DNA of 64,000 bases from a virus. Its lineage: Duplodnaviria; Heunggongvirae; Uroviricota; Caudoviricetes. The translations under genes were made by a program, and so were the position numbers. The notes under the pieces are model-generated. The model searched no databases, was not told where the DNA came from, and saw only the letters and a program-made list of their open reading frames with translations. The stretch lies in IMG/VR virus record IMGVR_UViG_3300028048_001599, one strand, 5' to 3'. This document shows, in pieces, positions 1-10,573 of this stretch (positions within the stretch are counted from its first letter, which is position 1; each line of letters begins with the position of its first letter).

Positions 1-1791
1 GTTTCTGATGCTGACTTTACCGATAATACATATTATGCTATCGTAACTGATAAAAATAATAATATTGTATCAAAGAAGATGGTATCAACACAGAATACTG
101 GTAGTGCTAATATTAAGGTAAACGGTGAGACCAAAACATTCTTTAAGGTATCAACACTTCAGGCACAGGGACCGGAACTCAAGCGTATGAATAATAACAC
201 TGGTTATGTTAAGAATGGTGACTTTATGAAGTACTCTTTCAGTATTAAGGGAACTTCTGCAAAGTATGATTTAAGCACAATGAAGATTTACGTTAAGTAT
301 AATGGTGAATCAGATTATACAGCTTTGAGTGCATCAGATATTGGTACAGTTAAAAATGATACAGCATTTAAGAATCTTTCAGCAGGTGATAAACTTGCAA
401 AGAAGGCATTTATTACTGAGGATAAGAAGTACATCTACTTCAGAGCTACTGATTACAGTGATGCTAATGTTGCAGTTGGTGTGTGTAAAGAGGGTACAAC
501 AACAGATTACATGTCTAATAACTTACAGCAGTATACAGGTATAGCTTCTTCCTTTGCAAATACAGCAACAATAAAAGTAAACGGGGTAGCTGTTCCAAGC
601 ACTGAGGATAGTACGCATAAGAGGGCATCAACTACTGGCGGTCAGGCTGGTACAAACTGTAAAGTTCTGAAGGCTTCTGTTCCGGTAATCGGTAGTTCTT
701 CATCTTCTGAATTGAAACTCAGTATTGATGCTAAGGATACATACACACAGAATGGCGAAGCTCCTATTTGGGCAGCTTATGAATTGTATAAATACAGTGG
801 TACAGCTGATAATGGTACATACTTAGATACAGGGGTAGCTACAGCTGCTTCCGCTGATGATTCAGTTACAGGTGGTAAACAGTTACCTAATATGGTTACT
901 AATAAGACTAAGAGTACCACTAAGGTATTACTTACTGCTTATAGTTTGGATAGCTTCAAGAAGAATTTACAGTCTACAATTGATACATATGGTGAAGGTA
1001 ACTACTTGATTGTATTCAGAAAATCACTTATGAATAATCAAGGTAAACATGCTTTCAATAATATAACTCACCATAAAGCGTTCCCATTCAAGATTGTGAA
1101 TGCTTCTGCTAAACCTACAATATCCGCTTCGTCCATCTCTTCCTACAGTGCATCAGCTAAGACAACTGTAAAGATAACAAAGCTTGGTGGACAGGCTATA
1201 AAGGTACCGGTTGTGGAGTTAAAAACATGGCTTAACGCTCATAAAATGGTAGCAAAGATTTATGATGATAACAATGTTGTTGTTAGTACTAAGAATATTG
1301 ATGCTGCTATGTGTATCTCTAACGGTTCACCTAATGAAAATTATGTAATTTTGGATTCTTCTGGTGATTACGTTACAGGTTTCAAATACACATTTGCTCC
1401 TGTATACACATCAGAGAAACGTAAGTTCAATGTTGTTGTAACTAATACAGAAGGTACTAGAATGGCTACTTCTACAAATGTGAACTTCTCAGTAGTAGCT
1501 AATCCGTCTTTGAAAGCACTTGAGAATACAAGTACTTGTACTGAAACAATGAAGTTGGGACAAAGTTTCGTGATGAAGGGTAGTAGTACAGGTGGTTCTG
1601 GTAGTGTTAAGTATAAGTACGAATATAGACTTTTGTCTAGTTCAACATTTATTTTGAAGAGTGATTATTCGACAAGCACTTCTGCTTCTGTTCAACCGAC
1701 ATCAGAGGGTGAGTTTATCTGTAGAATAACAGTTAAAGACGCGTCCAACAAAGAAGTTTATAAAGAGTTCCATGTAGTTTGTACGAAGTAA
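1..1791 (+). CDS. Ig-like repeat surface/structural protein, 5'-partial. The reading frame is open back to the window start.
   Basis: Long ORF with no stop in frame upstream of the M at 79. It contains repeated beta-rich Ig-like segments (S/T-rich, VKNxT motifs). It is followed by a hairpin terminator. Confidence 0.6.
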   Translation, partial: VSDADFTDNTYYAIVTDKNNNIVSKKMVSTQNTGSANIKVNGETKTFFKVSTLQAQGPELKRMNNNTGYVKNGDFMKYSFSIKGTSAKYDLSTMKIYVKYNGESDYTALSASDIGTVKNDTAFKNLSAGDKLAKKAFITEDKKYIYFRATDYSDANVAVGVCKEGTTTDYMSNNLQQYTGIASSFANTATIKVNGVAVPSTEDSTHKRASTTGGQAGTNCKVLKASVPVIGSSSSSELKLSIDAKDTYTQNGEAPIWAAYELYKYSGTADNGTYLDTGVATAASADDSVTGGKQLPNMVTNKTKSTTKVLLTAYSLDSFKKNLQSTIDTYGEGNYLIVFRKSLMNNQGKHAFNNITHHKAFPFKIVNASAKPTISASSISSYSASAKTTVKITKLGGQAIKVPVVELKTWLNAHKMVAKIYDDNNVVVSTKNIDAAMCISNGSPNENYVILDSSGDYVTGFKYTFAPVYTSEKRKFNVVVTNTEGTRMATSTNVNFSVVANPSLKALENTSTCTETMKLGQSFVMKGSSTGGSGSVKYKYEYRLLSSSTFILKSDYSTSTSASVQPTSEGEFICRITVKDASNKEVYKEFHVVCTK

Positions 1792-1814
1792 TAGTACAAA
1801 CAATTGAGTAGGTT

Positions 1815-1848
1815 AGGGGTACATGTTTAATATGTACCCCTAATTTTA
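1815..1848 (+). terminator. Rho-independent terminator
   Basis: Perfect hairpin aggggtacat...atgtacccct followed by AATTTT. Confidence 0.65.
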
Positions 1849-1867
1849 AGAAAAAGGAGGGGTTCTT

Positions 1868-4800
1868 ATGGACAAAAAGCAAATACAAAAAGCTTTAGTG
1901 TGTACACTTGCGTCTGCTATGTTTGTTGGCGGTGGAGCTGTTGTGGCACAGCAGATTGTCTTTGATAATGGTATTGCTGTTAGTGCTGCTACTTTAACAA
2001 AAGGTGACTACATCTACACTGAATTGTCAGATGGCGGGGTAAGATTTTTGGGCTATGCACCAACAACTTATGATTCTAAGACAGACAAAGAAATTGTTCA
2101 TACACCTAAAAGCGCAACAATGACAATCCCTAGTAGCATCAATAATAAACCAGTAAGAGAAATTGGGGTACTTCAGAACGTTGATGACTATAAGGATATG
2201 TGTAAGAAAATAGTTATTCCGAATACTGTAAAAATAATTAAGGCTAACGCTTTTACTGATTGGTCTAATGTAACAACAATAGAATTTTCTGGTACATTTT
2301 CAAATGATTTTAAAATCGAGTCAAACGCATTTAGAGATTTGGCTATAACATCACTTACATTGCCAGAAAAAACCGTAAGTATTGGTTCAAACGCATTTGC
2401 TGATTGCGATAATTTACAGACACTAACAGTAAAGAATACTTCAAGTCTTACTATTGGTGCAAATGCTTTTATGAGTCAGTACAAGCTTAAGACTGTAACA
2501 TTTGGTTCAGCGGGGGTAAAAATTGGAGAAAAAGCATTTTCTGATTGTAGTAACTTAGGTACTGTTACTTTTGGAAACTCTACAAGTGTTGTAACAATAG
2601 GTAAGGATGCATTTAGAGATTCTAATATTTCAAAGGTTGTATTTTCTAAAGGTACAACTTCCATTGGTGACGGGGCATTTGCGGATTGTGTGAACTTGAA
2701 GTCTGCTAATATTAATAACCTTACAAGTTTAAAAGCTATATCTGAAAATGCTTTTTATAACACTAAACTTTCTTCTATTGAAATTCCCGCAAATGTATTA
2801 ACAATTGGTGCTAATGCATTTGCTGATATTGAAAGTGAAGCTGATGATTATGGTGATTCATCACCTATTTCAATAAAGTTTAATACTCCGAGTAATGTTA
2901 AGATTAAGATTGATAAAACTGCATTTGATGGTACACGTTTAACTTCTGTCACTGTTCCTAAATTGGCATATAATACAATAGAGGGTACAATCAGTGCATT
3001 AACATTTGAGTACGCTAATAAGCTTACTGTTACAAATGCAACTCAGCGTGTTACTAATCTTGATGATACGTCAATAAAGAATGTTGTAGCACCTTATGGT
3101 TCTTACATATGGGCTGGGGTATATAAGGCATCTGTTGAGGATAATTCAAGCAATGCACTTTCATTCGTAACATTGAAGGGTAATAACATAGAATCTATTT
3201 ACGAATATAGTTCTTCCAAAGGTAACATCGGTTTCTCAGCAATCAAGGTTACTGAGGGTTCTAACTTCACAGTAGCATATGACTCAAAAATAGCACTAAC
3301 TGATAAAGGTGCGAAGAATGTAGTATTAACGGCAAAGTTAGGGTATGCAAATATTACATTGAAAAATACTACTCAATACAATAGGTTCTTCGTGTTTACA
3401 GATAAAAAGTCTGACAGTTATAATGGTTCATTTAAGCTTACAAATAAGACAGATTCTAAAGGTAAACTTACAAGTTTTTTACAGTTAACAAGTGATATTA
3501 CAAAGAAGTATACTGCACAGGCTGAAAGGTTCTCAGACGGGGTATTGTCATTTGATTACGCCAAGGATGCAAGTAGTGGTATCTATAATAGCACCTATAA
3601 AACTTACGTATCTAAATCAGACAATGTGGCAATTAAACCTACAGTTATCATTAAATTGAATGGTAAGGTTGTTCCGAGTAAATACTATACTTTAAAATAC
3701 GCTGATAATGTGGGTATTACAGGTAAAGCATCTGTAACTGCAACACTAAACTCAGAGGGTTCAAAGATTTACTCGAGTGGTTCAATCAAAATGTCATTTC
3801 CTGTTAAGCGTAACATTTCTCAGGTTGCTATATATGCAACTGATACGATAGCAAACGGTAAATCAGATAAGGGCACAAATAGACTTTATGATGATGCTTA
3901 CAAATCTGCATTTTTACCTGTTACAGATACAAATTATAAGATTGGTGAAGGTAACTACAGAGTTAACTTGACAATAAATGGTGCTAACAAGTCAGTAACT
4001 AAGGGTTCTGACACATTTTCAGTAGTTTATGATTCTTCATGTTTTGCAGAATATAATGGAATAGATATCCCAGGGGTAGCACTTGGTGAAGTTACTTGTA
4101 CACTTAAAGCACCCTCCAGTAGTATCTATTTCTTTGGTCAGTGCGATGTAAGATATTTTACAAGATGTAATATATCTAAGCTTAATTCAGTCACCTTAAT
4201 AAATGGTGAAGATACATGTACTGTAAAATCAACAAAAGATACTGCAAATAAATATATGCTATATGCAAAAGAGTTTACTTATAAAGCTGCCGATTATAAG
4301 CCTTTGTTAGAGATATCACAGGGTGGTAGTCAGAGTGAACCAGTTGAACAGAACTACTTGAATTATTCGTATGTAAATAATAAAAATGTATCTGTTGATG
4401 GTTCTATGGCTAAATTGGCGTCAGTCAAAGCCACTGTTAAGATGAATGACTGTACTTATCTTTACGGTTCAAAAACAGTATATTTTAAGATAACTAAAAA
4501 GAAAATAACGGATGGTATGTTTAATTACACTAAGGTATTTGATTATACAGCCGGTGCTATTACACCCACAGTAAAAGGAAAATTCAATGGGGTAGATTTA
4601 GTACAAGGTAATGCCACTAGTAATAAGGATTTTCTTGTTAAATACTCAGATAATGTCCTTGCTGGTACTGGTAAAATAACAGTAACGGGGTATGGTAATT
4701 ATTATGGTTCTGTAGACCTTAAATTTGTAATTAACAAGATTAGTCTTACAAATCCTAAATGTAAGGTTACATATTATTATAGTAGCAATAATACAGTAAG

Positions 4801-7800
4801 TTATCGTTTCGGTCTTGAAATTAGACCTAATATTTCTTTATGGTACAATGGTAAGGCATTTAGTGCTAGCGATGATTATACTGTAACTTATATAGGTGAA
4901 AAAGTAGATGGTAAGTATACAGGTATTGCACCGTGGTCGACAGGAAAAACGGGGTATCTTGTAATCACTCCAAAATCTTCATCTAAAAAGCTTTATTCCG
5001 TAGGAAACGATGCCGCATTAAAAACTTACAAGTATAAAGATGGGGAGACAGTTAAGACGGTAACTGGTGTATTGTTTAGTTATCAAACTGGTGCATTAAC
5101 CTTAGACCACTTACATTTGGTATTTAATCCAACAATTGAGGCTACTGATTTAAATACATTCCGTAAGTCAATAGCTCCAAGAATATTGATTAATGGTCAA
5201 GTTCTTGCACCTTATAATCCTGCTACACTACGTAATGAATTGACTGCAGCTATTCTTAAAAGTAATCATTCAAAAACTGCTAACGAATGTAGGTCATTGG
5301 CAAACTCTCGTATTCCTTTGACTGCTAAGAATAGGAAAAATAAATCAGCTGAGGTACGTGCTTATTATGGTTATTACACTAATAATAAGACTAACTTTAA
5401 AATAGTTGGTATTCTTGTAAATAATACGGACAATCCTAGTGTTAGTGGTAACTATTGGGATATTAAAGACGATTTTTATATTCAAAATACACGTGAAAAA
5501 AGTGGTAGATGGCTTATCGGAACATTCTGTTATGCTACTGAGGCTGGTGAGACCACGAACTCATATAAAGGTCTTAAGCTTCAAAGTAAAATAACGACAG
5601 TTAATGGTAGGACTACGACATCTTGGATTGTAAAACCTGGTTTACATCATATTTATACAATGAACACCTATATTACGGGGTATACGGCAGGCATTGATAC
5701 GAGTAAGACTTGGGACTTTAACGTATCACCAAGTAAGTCGTCTATTACAATGACTGATTATAAGATTGAAAAGGTTCCGGGTACGGCTTCAGTTTCATTT
5801 GCACCTTCTGTTTCTGATAAGTATGATGGTAAAACATATTATACTTTGAAATTCTATAAGACAATCGAGGATGCAAAAAATGATAAGAATGTTGCTACAT
5901 CTGTTGTTTTGAAGTATAGTAAAAATTCAGCGTCTATAACAACTGCTGGACTTGCACTTATTTCTTCCGCAAATGGTGTTGATAAGTATTCTTACACAAT
6001 GAAGGGACTTGACTATGGTCGTTCTTACTTTGTAACTGTTACTGCTACTGATTCTGAGAATGAAATCAGTTCGACTCGTTCAGCAGCTACCGCATTTATG
6101 ACAAGTACTACAATAGGTACTATTGATACGATTTCATATACTCAGAGTGGTGCTAACTTTAATGCAGTAGCAAAGATAACTCAACCTAGTCACAAGTTAA
6201 ATGAATCTGGTAACATTGCTCATATTTATTATATAATGAAGATATATACCAATGGGGGTACACTCCTTAAGACTTATTATATTGATGAGCATGATACAAG
6301 TGGTTATAAACAGATATCTAAGGCCGACCATAAGACAGTTGATCTTGGTGCTGTACCGGGTATGAAGGCTTCTGAGGAATATTATGCTACTCTTGAAACA
6401 TATCTTGCATATAACACTGGTGTATTTACAAATACAACATATCCAGTTAAATGTACGTATTGTAAAGTAGCTAATTCTAACACAATTTATCCTATGTCAA
6501 GTAAAACCTATAAGTTAACAAATACGGATAAGTTCTCATCTTCTGTATCAGTTGATAAAACGAGAGTTAATGCTGGTCAACCTATTAAGATAACTGCGGC
6601 TACTGGTCAGACTGGTACTAAGAAAGGTACTGCACCTTACATTTATAAGTATGAAATTCTTAATAGTAGTGGTTCTTTGGTTGGTACTGCTGTAACACAT
6701 TCTAATGTTTCTGCACTTTCTGACACTTACATATATACTCCTACTTCTACTGGTACATTTAATGTAAGGGTTACGATTAAGGATAAAAATAATATTACGT
6801 CAATTTCTGTTCAGAACTTTACTGTTCTTACTGCACTTAGCAACACTTCTTCGTTGTCAGCTTCGGAAGTACCGATAAACAAAGGGTTGACTGTAAACCT
6901 GAGTAAATCTGGTGGTGATACATCAAGTTTTGTTAAGTATACAGTTAAGTTGACAAAACCAGATGGCACAACTTCAACTTTGCTTTCCGATTCTACTCAG
7001 AGTTCTTACATTATTGACTATTCTAAGAACTCAATTGAGGGCAAATATAAAGTAACAGTAATCGTTACAGATGCTACTGGAAATGCTGTAGCTAAGACAT
7101 TAGAATATACCGTTTCTAACTCTTTTGTTAATACAGGTAAGATTTCCACAACATCTCCATATGTTAATGCTCCGTTTACGCTAACATTATCAAGTGCAGG
7201 GGTATCTTCCAATGTAAGTTATACTGTATCTTATGCTAAGTATGATACGTCCAAAAAGAGTTACGGCTCATTTACGATATGTAATGATGTAGATGGTAAT
7301 AAACTTAGTGCGGTATCACTAGCAGCAGGGGTATCTAAAAATAAGAACATTCGTATATCATCTACTGGTAAGTATAAGGTTCGTATCACTGCAAAGAACG
7401 GTAATTCTACAAAGATTGTCGATACTATAGTAAACGTATCCTATGCCGATTTAGTAAATGAATCCATTGTTCAATCTGAGGTTATTACTGTTGCTGACAC
7501 ACTTAAATTAAAGGCGATGTCTTTCGGTGGTGTTGGTAATGTTAAATATCGAGCTATGTACGCTAATATTAACGATATAAACAATATGCATGAGATAACA
7601 TTAGATAGTAACGGTAATGGTACTCTTGTAGGTGCAGGTGTTAAAAATGGTACTTTGAAAGCAGGTAATTACATAATCAAAGTTACCGCTACAGACTCCA
7701 AAAATACAGTGGTAAATAAGGATATCTATGTATCTGTAAAATCTCTTAGTAGTTTCTATACTTCAGCACCTACATTGAGTGTTGGTAACACAACATTAAA

Positions 7801-8338
7801 AACGGATGATGGTATAGTACTAGGTTCTAAACTTTCACTGAAGGGTAGTCCAGCCGCAAATGTAACTGTCATTTATGAATATAAACAGGTAAATAATTCA
7901 TCGTATAAAAAGATGACAGTAGGCGACAATGGGGTAGCCACAATGACACCTCAGAGTGCAACTGATTACAACCTCAGAGTGACGTATATTTCTGGAGATG
8001 GTTTGACTGTTTCAAGGACATGGACTATTCATGTTGTAAATGGAACAACTCTACGTAAGAGTGTTACCTTATATAATGGGTCTACAAAGTTAGGTACTAA
8101 TCCTGAAATAGCACTTAACGAAAAGATTAAGATTGTAACTGATAAGATTTCTAATTGTACCGTAAGTTATGATTTCAAGAACACTAAATCTTCTACATGG
8201 TACACTATGGATACGGCTTCTGATGGTAAAACAGCAACAGGCAAACCTAGTGCTGCAGGTAAATACGAAATACGTATTAAGTACACATTCAACAGTAAAG
8301 TTTACTATGAATATGTCACATTTAATGTTAAGATATAA
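1868..8338 (+). CDS. Giant secreted protein (2156 aa). It has an N-terminal signal peptide, BspA-type leucine-rich repeats and many Ig-like/Big-like domains. It is a candidate adhesin or receptor-binding/tail-fibre-like protein.
   Basis: Strong RBS AAAAAGGAGGGGTT 7 nt before the ATG. The N-terminus (MDKKQIQKALVCTLASAMFVGGGAVVAQQ) is signal-peptide-like. Repeated IPNTVKIIKANAFTD / SNAFRD / IGSNAFADCDNL units are typical of BspA/LRR_5. It contains long beta-rich repeats. Confidence 0.8.
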   Translation: MDKKQIQKALVCTLASAMFVGGGAVVAQQIVFDNGIAVSAATLTKGDYIYTELSDGGVRFLGYAPTTYDSKTDKEIVHTPKSATMTIPSSINNKPVREIGVLQNVDDYKDMCKKIVIPNTVKIIKANAFTDWSNVTTIEFSGTFSNDFKIESNAFRDLAITSLTLPEKTVSIGSNAFADCDNLQTLTVKNTSSLTIGANAFMSQYKLKTVTFGSAGVKIGEKAFSDCSNLGTVTFGNSTSVVTIGKDAFRDSNISKVVFSKGTTSIGDGAFADCVNLKSANINNLTSLKAISENAFYNTKLSSIEIPANVLTIGANAFADIESEADDYGDSSPISIKFNTPSNVKIKIDKTAFDGTRLTSVTVPKLAYNTIEGTISALTFEYANKLTVTNATQRVTNLDDTSIKNVVAPYGSYIWAGVYKASVEDNSSNALSFVTLKGNNIESIYEYSSSKGNIGFSAIKVTEGSNFTVAYDSKIALTDKGAKNVVLTAKLGYANITLKNTTQYNRFFVFTDKKSDSYNGSFKLTNKTDSKGKLTSFLQLTSDITKKYTAQAERFSDGVLSFDYAKDASSGIYNSTYKTYVSKSDNVAIKPTVIIKLNGKVVPSKYYTLKYADNVGITGKASVTATLNSEGSKIYSSGSIKMSFPVKRNISQVAIYATDTIANGKSDKGTNRLYDDAYKSAFLPVTDTNYKIGEGNYRVNLTINGANKSVTKGSDTFSVVYDSSCFAEYNGIDIPGVALGEVTCTLKAPSSSIYFFGQCDVRYFTRCNISKLNSVTLINGEDTCTVKSTKDTANKYMLYAKEFTYKAADYKPLLEISQGGSQSEPVEQNYLNYSYVNNKNVSVDGSMAKLASVKATVKMNDCTYLYGSKTVYFKITKKKITDGMFNYTKVFDYTAGAITPTVKGKFNGVDLVQGNATSNKDFLVKYSDNVLAGTGKITVTGYGNYYGSVDLKFVINKISLTNPKCKVTYYYSSNNTVSYRFGLEIRPNISLWYNGKAFSASDDYTVTYIGEKVDGKYTGIAPWSTGKTGYLVITPKSSSKKLYSVGNDAALKTYKYKDGETVKTVTGVLFSYQTGALTLDHLHLVFNPTIEATDLNTFRKSIAPRILINGQVLAPYNPATLRNELTAAILKSNHSKTANECRSLANSRIPLTAKNRKNKSAEVRAYYGYYTNNKTNFKIVGILVNNTDNPSVSGNYWDIKDDFYIQNTREKSGRWLIGTFCYATEAGETTNSYKGLKLQSKITTVNGRTTTSWIVKPGLHHIYTMNTYITGYTAGIDTSKTWDFNVSPSKSSITMTDYKIEKVPGTASVSFAPSVSDKYDGKTYYTLKFYKTIEDAKNDKNVATSVVLKYSKNSASITTAGLALISSANGVDKYSYTMKGLDYGRSYFVTVTATDSENEISSTRSAATAFMTSTTIGTIDTISYTQSGANFNAVAKITQPSHKLNESGNIAHIYYIMKIYTNGGTLLKTYYIDEHDTSGYKQISKADHKTVDLGAVPGMKASEEYYATLETYLAYNTGVFTNTTYPVKCTYCKVANSNTIYPMSSKTYKLTNTDKFSSSVSVDKTRVNAGQPIKITAATGQTGTKKGTAPYIYKYEILNSSGSLVGTAVTHSNVSALSDTYIYTPTSTGTFNVRVTIKDKNNITSISVQNFTVLTALSNTSSLSASEVPINKGLTVNLSKSGGDTSSFVKYTVKLTKPDGTTSTLLSDSTQSSYIIDYSKNSIEGKYKVTVIVTDATGNAVAKTLEYTVSNSFVNTGKISTTSPYVNAPFTLTLSSAGVSSNVSYTVSYAKYDTSKKSYGSFTICNDVDGNKLSAVSLAAGVSKNKNIRISSTGKYKVRITAKNGNSTKIVDTIVNVSYADLVNESIVQSEVITVADTLKLKAMSFGGVGNVKYRAMYANINDINNMHEITLDSNGNGTLVGAGVKNGTLKAGNYIIKVTATDSKNTVVNKDIYVSVKSLSSFYTSAPTLSVGNTTLKTDDGIVLGSKLSLKGSPAANVTVIYEYKQVNNSSYKKMTVGDNGVATMTPQSATDYNLRVTYISGDGLTVSRTWTIHVVNGTTLRKSVTLYNGSTKLGTNPEIALNEKIKIVTDKISNCTVSYDFKNTKSSTWYTMDTASDGKTATGKPSAAGKYEIRIKYTFNSKVYYEYVTFNVKI

Positions 8339-8366
8339 GTAGTAAACGTCATTTACAAAGCGAAAC

Positions 8367-8391
8367 TGGGGGTAGTTTAATGCTACCCCCA
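8367..8391 (+). terminator. Stem-loop or terminator after the giant gene
   Basis: A 9-bp perfect stem tgggggtag/ctaccccca. There is no clear T-tract. Confidence 0.45.
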
Positions 8392-8448
8392 TGATAATAT
8401 AACGTGAAATAAGACTTTTATTTTTAATAGTTAAGGACGGTGATAATT

Positions 8449-9582
8449 ATGCAAAGTTTCATCTCATTCAATAGAACTTTCGGGAAGAAAACAGTCGAAG
8501 AAAAAATAGAAAAACCGTTATCTGGTTTAGGGTCACTTAAGACAGATGATACTAAAAATGAAAAATCTGTACTTAAAAACGCAGAATTAAGTTCTGAGGG
8601 TGCTAAATCGGTTACGGTTGAATCAGATGTAAAAAATAGTGAAATTTCAAGTACAGTAGTAAAAATTGAGGAAACTTCTTCTCAAAAACCTATCAACAAT
8701 GATGGAACAAAGAAGGACGCCACGGATGCAAATTTAAAGGATGAAATCAATGACTCTGAATCTCAGGAGTACATTGATATTCAGAATAATGCTGTGGTTG
8801 AAGTTAAAGAAAAAGTAAGCGGTGTAGCAGAGAATGTAGACCATAACCCAGATGTTATTGAAGAAATGTCAGAGGGGGTAGTCACTGAGGATTGCGATAT
8901 TGATACTTTTAATCTTAATAAACTTAAGGATTTATTTGAAGCATCTTCTGATTTTACTAAACAGTGTTTTATAATGTATTTACATTCATCTTATTCTGAG
9001 TTACTTTCAACTCCCGTTGATGACATGACTGTAGATTCTGAAACAGTGATTGTATCTGATGTTAAGACCTCAGAAAAGGAAATAGGGGATAAAGAGAAAC
9101 AGGTTGAAGATGAGAACAATACAGTTACAGATGAAGTAAAATCTGACTCTGCTGAAAGTCAAATAACAGATATTGCTGAAACAGACAGTAGCAATGTTGA
9201 CATTGATGATATATCTACATCCGAAGTCACAGACACCGATGGTAATTCTCTTGAAAAGGTGGAACAAGTAATTGACCCGGACGAATTAACATTAAAGGAT
9301 GTATTTTGTCAGACACCTGTTTTTGAACGTAGAGCTTTCTTGATAGGTTTAATTGAGCAGATTACAGAGTTGATAGAGTACCTTTCAGGTTTTAATATTA
9401 AGGTTGATAATAAAATTGATATACTTGATAAAAAGAAAGGTGAATTGTTCGATAGAGTTGAGTTTAGCACAGAGGAAGATTCCATTAAACTTATTATGGA
9501 TATCAAATCACTGTTGAAAAAACGTAGAGAGCTTGAAGAACTTAAAAAGACAGTTGATAAAGTGGTAGAGACATATAGATAA
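8449..9582 (+). CDS. Highly acidic hypothetical protein
   Basis: ORF with RBS AAGGACGGTGA before ATG 8449. It is D/E/S/T-rich low-complexity with a conserved-looking C-terminal helical region. Confidence 0.6.
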   Translation: MQSFISFNRTFGKKTVEEKIEKPLSGLGSLKTDDTKNEKSVLKNAELSSEGAKSVTVESDVKNSEISSTVVKIEETSSQKPINNDGTKKDATDANLKDEINDSESQEYIDIQNNAVVEVKEKVSGVAENVDHNPDVIEEMSEGVVTEDCDIDTFNLNKLKDLFEASSDFTKQCFIMYLHSSYSELLSTPVDDMTVDSETVIVSDVKTSEKEIGDKEKQVEDENNTVTDEVKSDSAESQITDIAETDSSNVDIDDISTSEVTDTDGNSLEKVEQVIDPDELTLKDVFCQTPVFERRAFLIGLIEQITELIEYLSGFNIKVDNKIDILDKKKGELFDRVEFSTEEDSIKLIMDIKSLLKKRRELEELKKTVDKVVETYR

Positions 9583-9593
9583 GGTGGTTTACA

Positions 9594-10436
9594 ATGAAGA
9601 AAGAAAATAGTGTGGTAGATAAAAAGAAAGAAAACAATGGCTCAGTAGGTAAAACTGTGATTAAATGGTGTACCATTGTGTTAGCAGTTCTCACAGGGGT
9701 AGCATTAATTGCTTACGGTGTTTACTTGTTCTTTCCAAAGGATACAAATACAGACGAGGAATTGAGTAGTAATGTTGAAATTACTTACGGTAATAAGGTA
9801 GAAACTTGTGTAAAGGGTATAAAATTCAATGTTAAAAAGAATTGGGTTGTTGATAAACAGCCTGCTGCTTCACAGGCTATTCTTTATCATAACCTTGCTG
9901 ATTATAATGGCGACGGTATAAATGCTATTAGTATTACGTCATCTTGGGTAGAAAAAAATTTTGATATTTCTGATTATGCTCAGACTTTCTGTACTGCACT
10001 TCAGCAGAGTGATACTATAGCAAGTGCCGATTTATCATCTTTTTCGGTTGGCGATTATCAGGTCTACAACATCAATATGGTGAATAATGGTGCGTTCGGT
10101 GGTTATGCTTACCTAATGAAAGGAAACGTAATCGTAGAAATTCTGTATGGTACACAGGATGTTGACAACCTTGACACCTATAGAAATGATGTTAATGATA
10201 TTATTGCGAGCATGGTATTTACAGGTGATGCTAAGAAAGAGGACTTCCCTGAACCGTCAGAGGACGAGAGTTCGACCGAAAGTTCTAAGGAAAGTTCTAA
10301 GGAAAGTTCTAAGGAAAGTTCATTTAATGCAAAGACAGACTTTGGAGATGAAAGTACATCTGAGACTGCTGATGTAGAGGAAAATTCAAAAGTAGAAACA
10401 AGTGCTGAAGTATCTCAGAAAGAGTCTGATAACTAA
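9594..10436 (+). CDS. Membrane-anchored protein with an acidic C-terminal tail containing SKE repeats
   Basis: RBS AAGGTGGT. It has an N-terminal TM helix (IVLAVLTGVALIAYGVYLFF). The tail is SSKESSKESSKESS. Confidence 0.6.
   Translation: MKKENSVVDKKKENNGSVGKTVIKWCTIVLAVLTGVALIAYGVYLFFPKDTNTDEELSSNVEITYGNKVETCVKGIKFNVKKNWVVDKQPAASQAILYHNLADYNGDGINAISITSSWVEKNFDISDYAQTFCTALQQSDTIASADLSSFSVGDYQVYNINMVNNGAFGGYAYLMKGNVIVEILYGTQDVDNLDTYRNDVNDIIASMVFTGDAKKEDFPEPSEDESSTESSKESSKESSKESSFNAKTDFGDESTSETADVEENSKVETSAEVSQKESDN
10268..10322 (+). repeat. 12-bp tandem repeat (agttctaaggaa, about 4 copies) encoding SKES repeats
   Basis: Directly visible tandem copies inside the CDS 9594..10436. Confidence 0.8.
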
Positions 10437-10573
10437 ATCTACAGTATTGAACTTAGTTCAAAAAATAGCTACAAATAACAAGTAATATTACAAGTTATTT
10501 GTAGCTAATATAAAAAATAAAAGGGGTACATCTATTTATAATTCATAGTTAAAAATTTGGGGAGGTTTCTCTT

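Noticed and set aside
329-544. Internal alternative-frame ORFs and other small minus-strand ORFs across the window
   Set aside because: All are nested inside long + strand genes with good RBSs. No minus-strand ORF has a convincing RBS or recognisable motif.
10147-10377. 76-aa alternative-frame ORF with RKVLRKVLRKV repeats
   Set aside because: It is an alternate reading of the 12-bp tandem repeat inside CDS 9594..10436.
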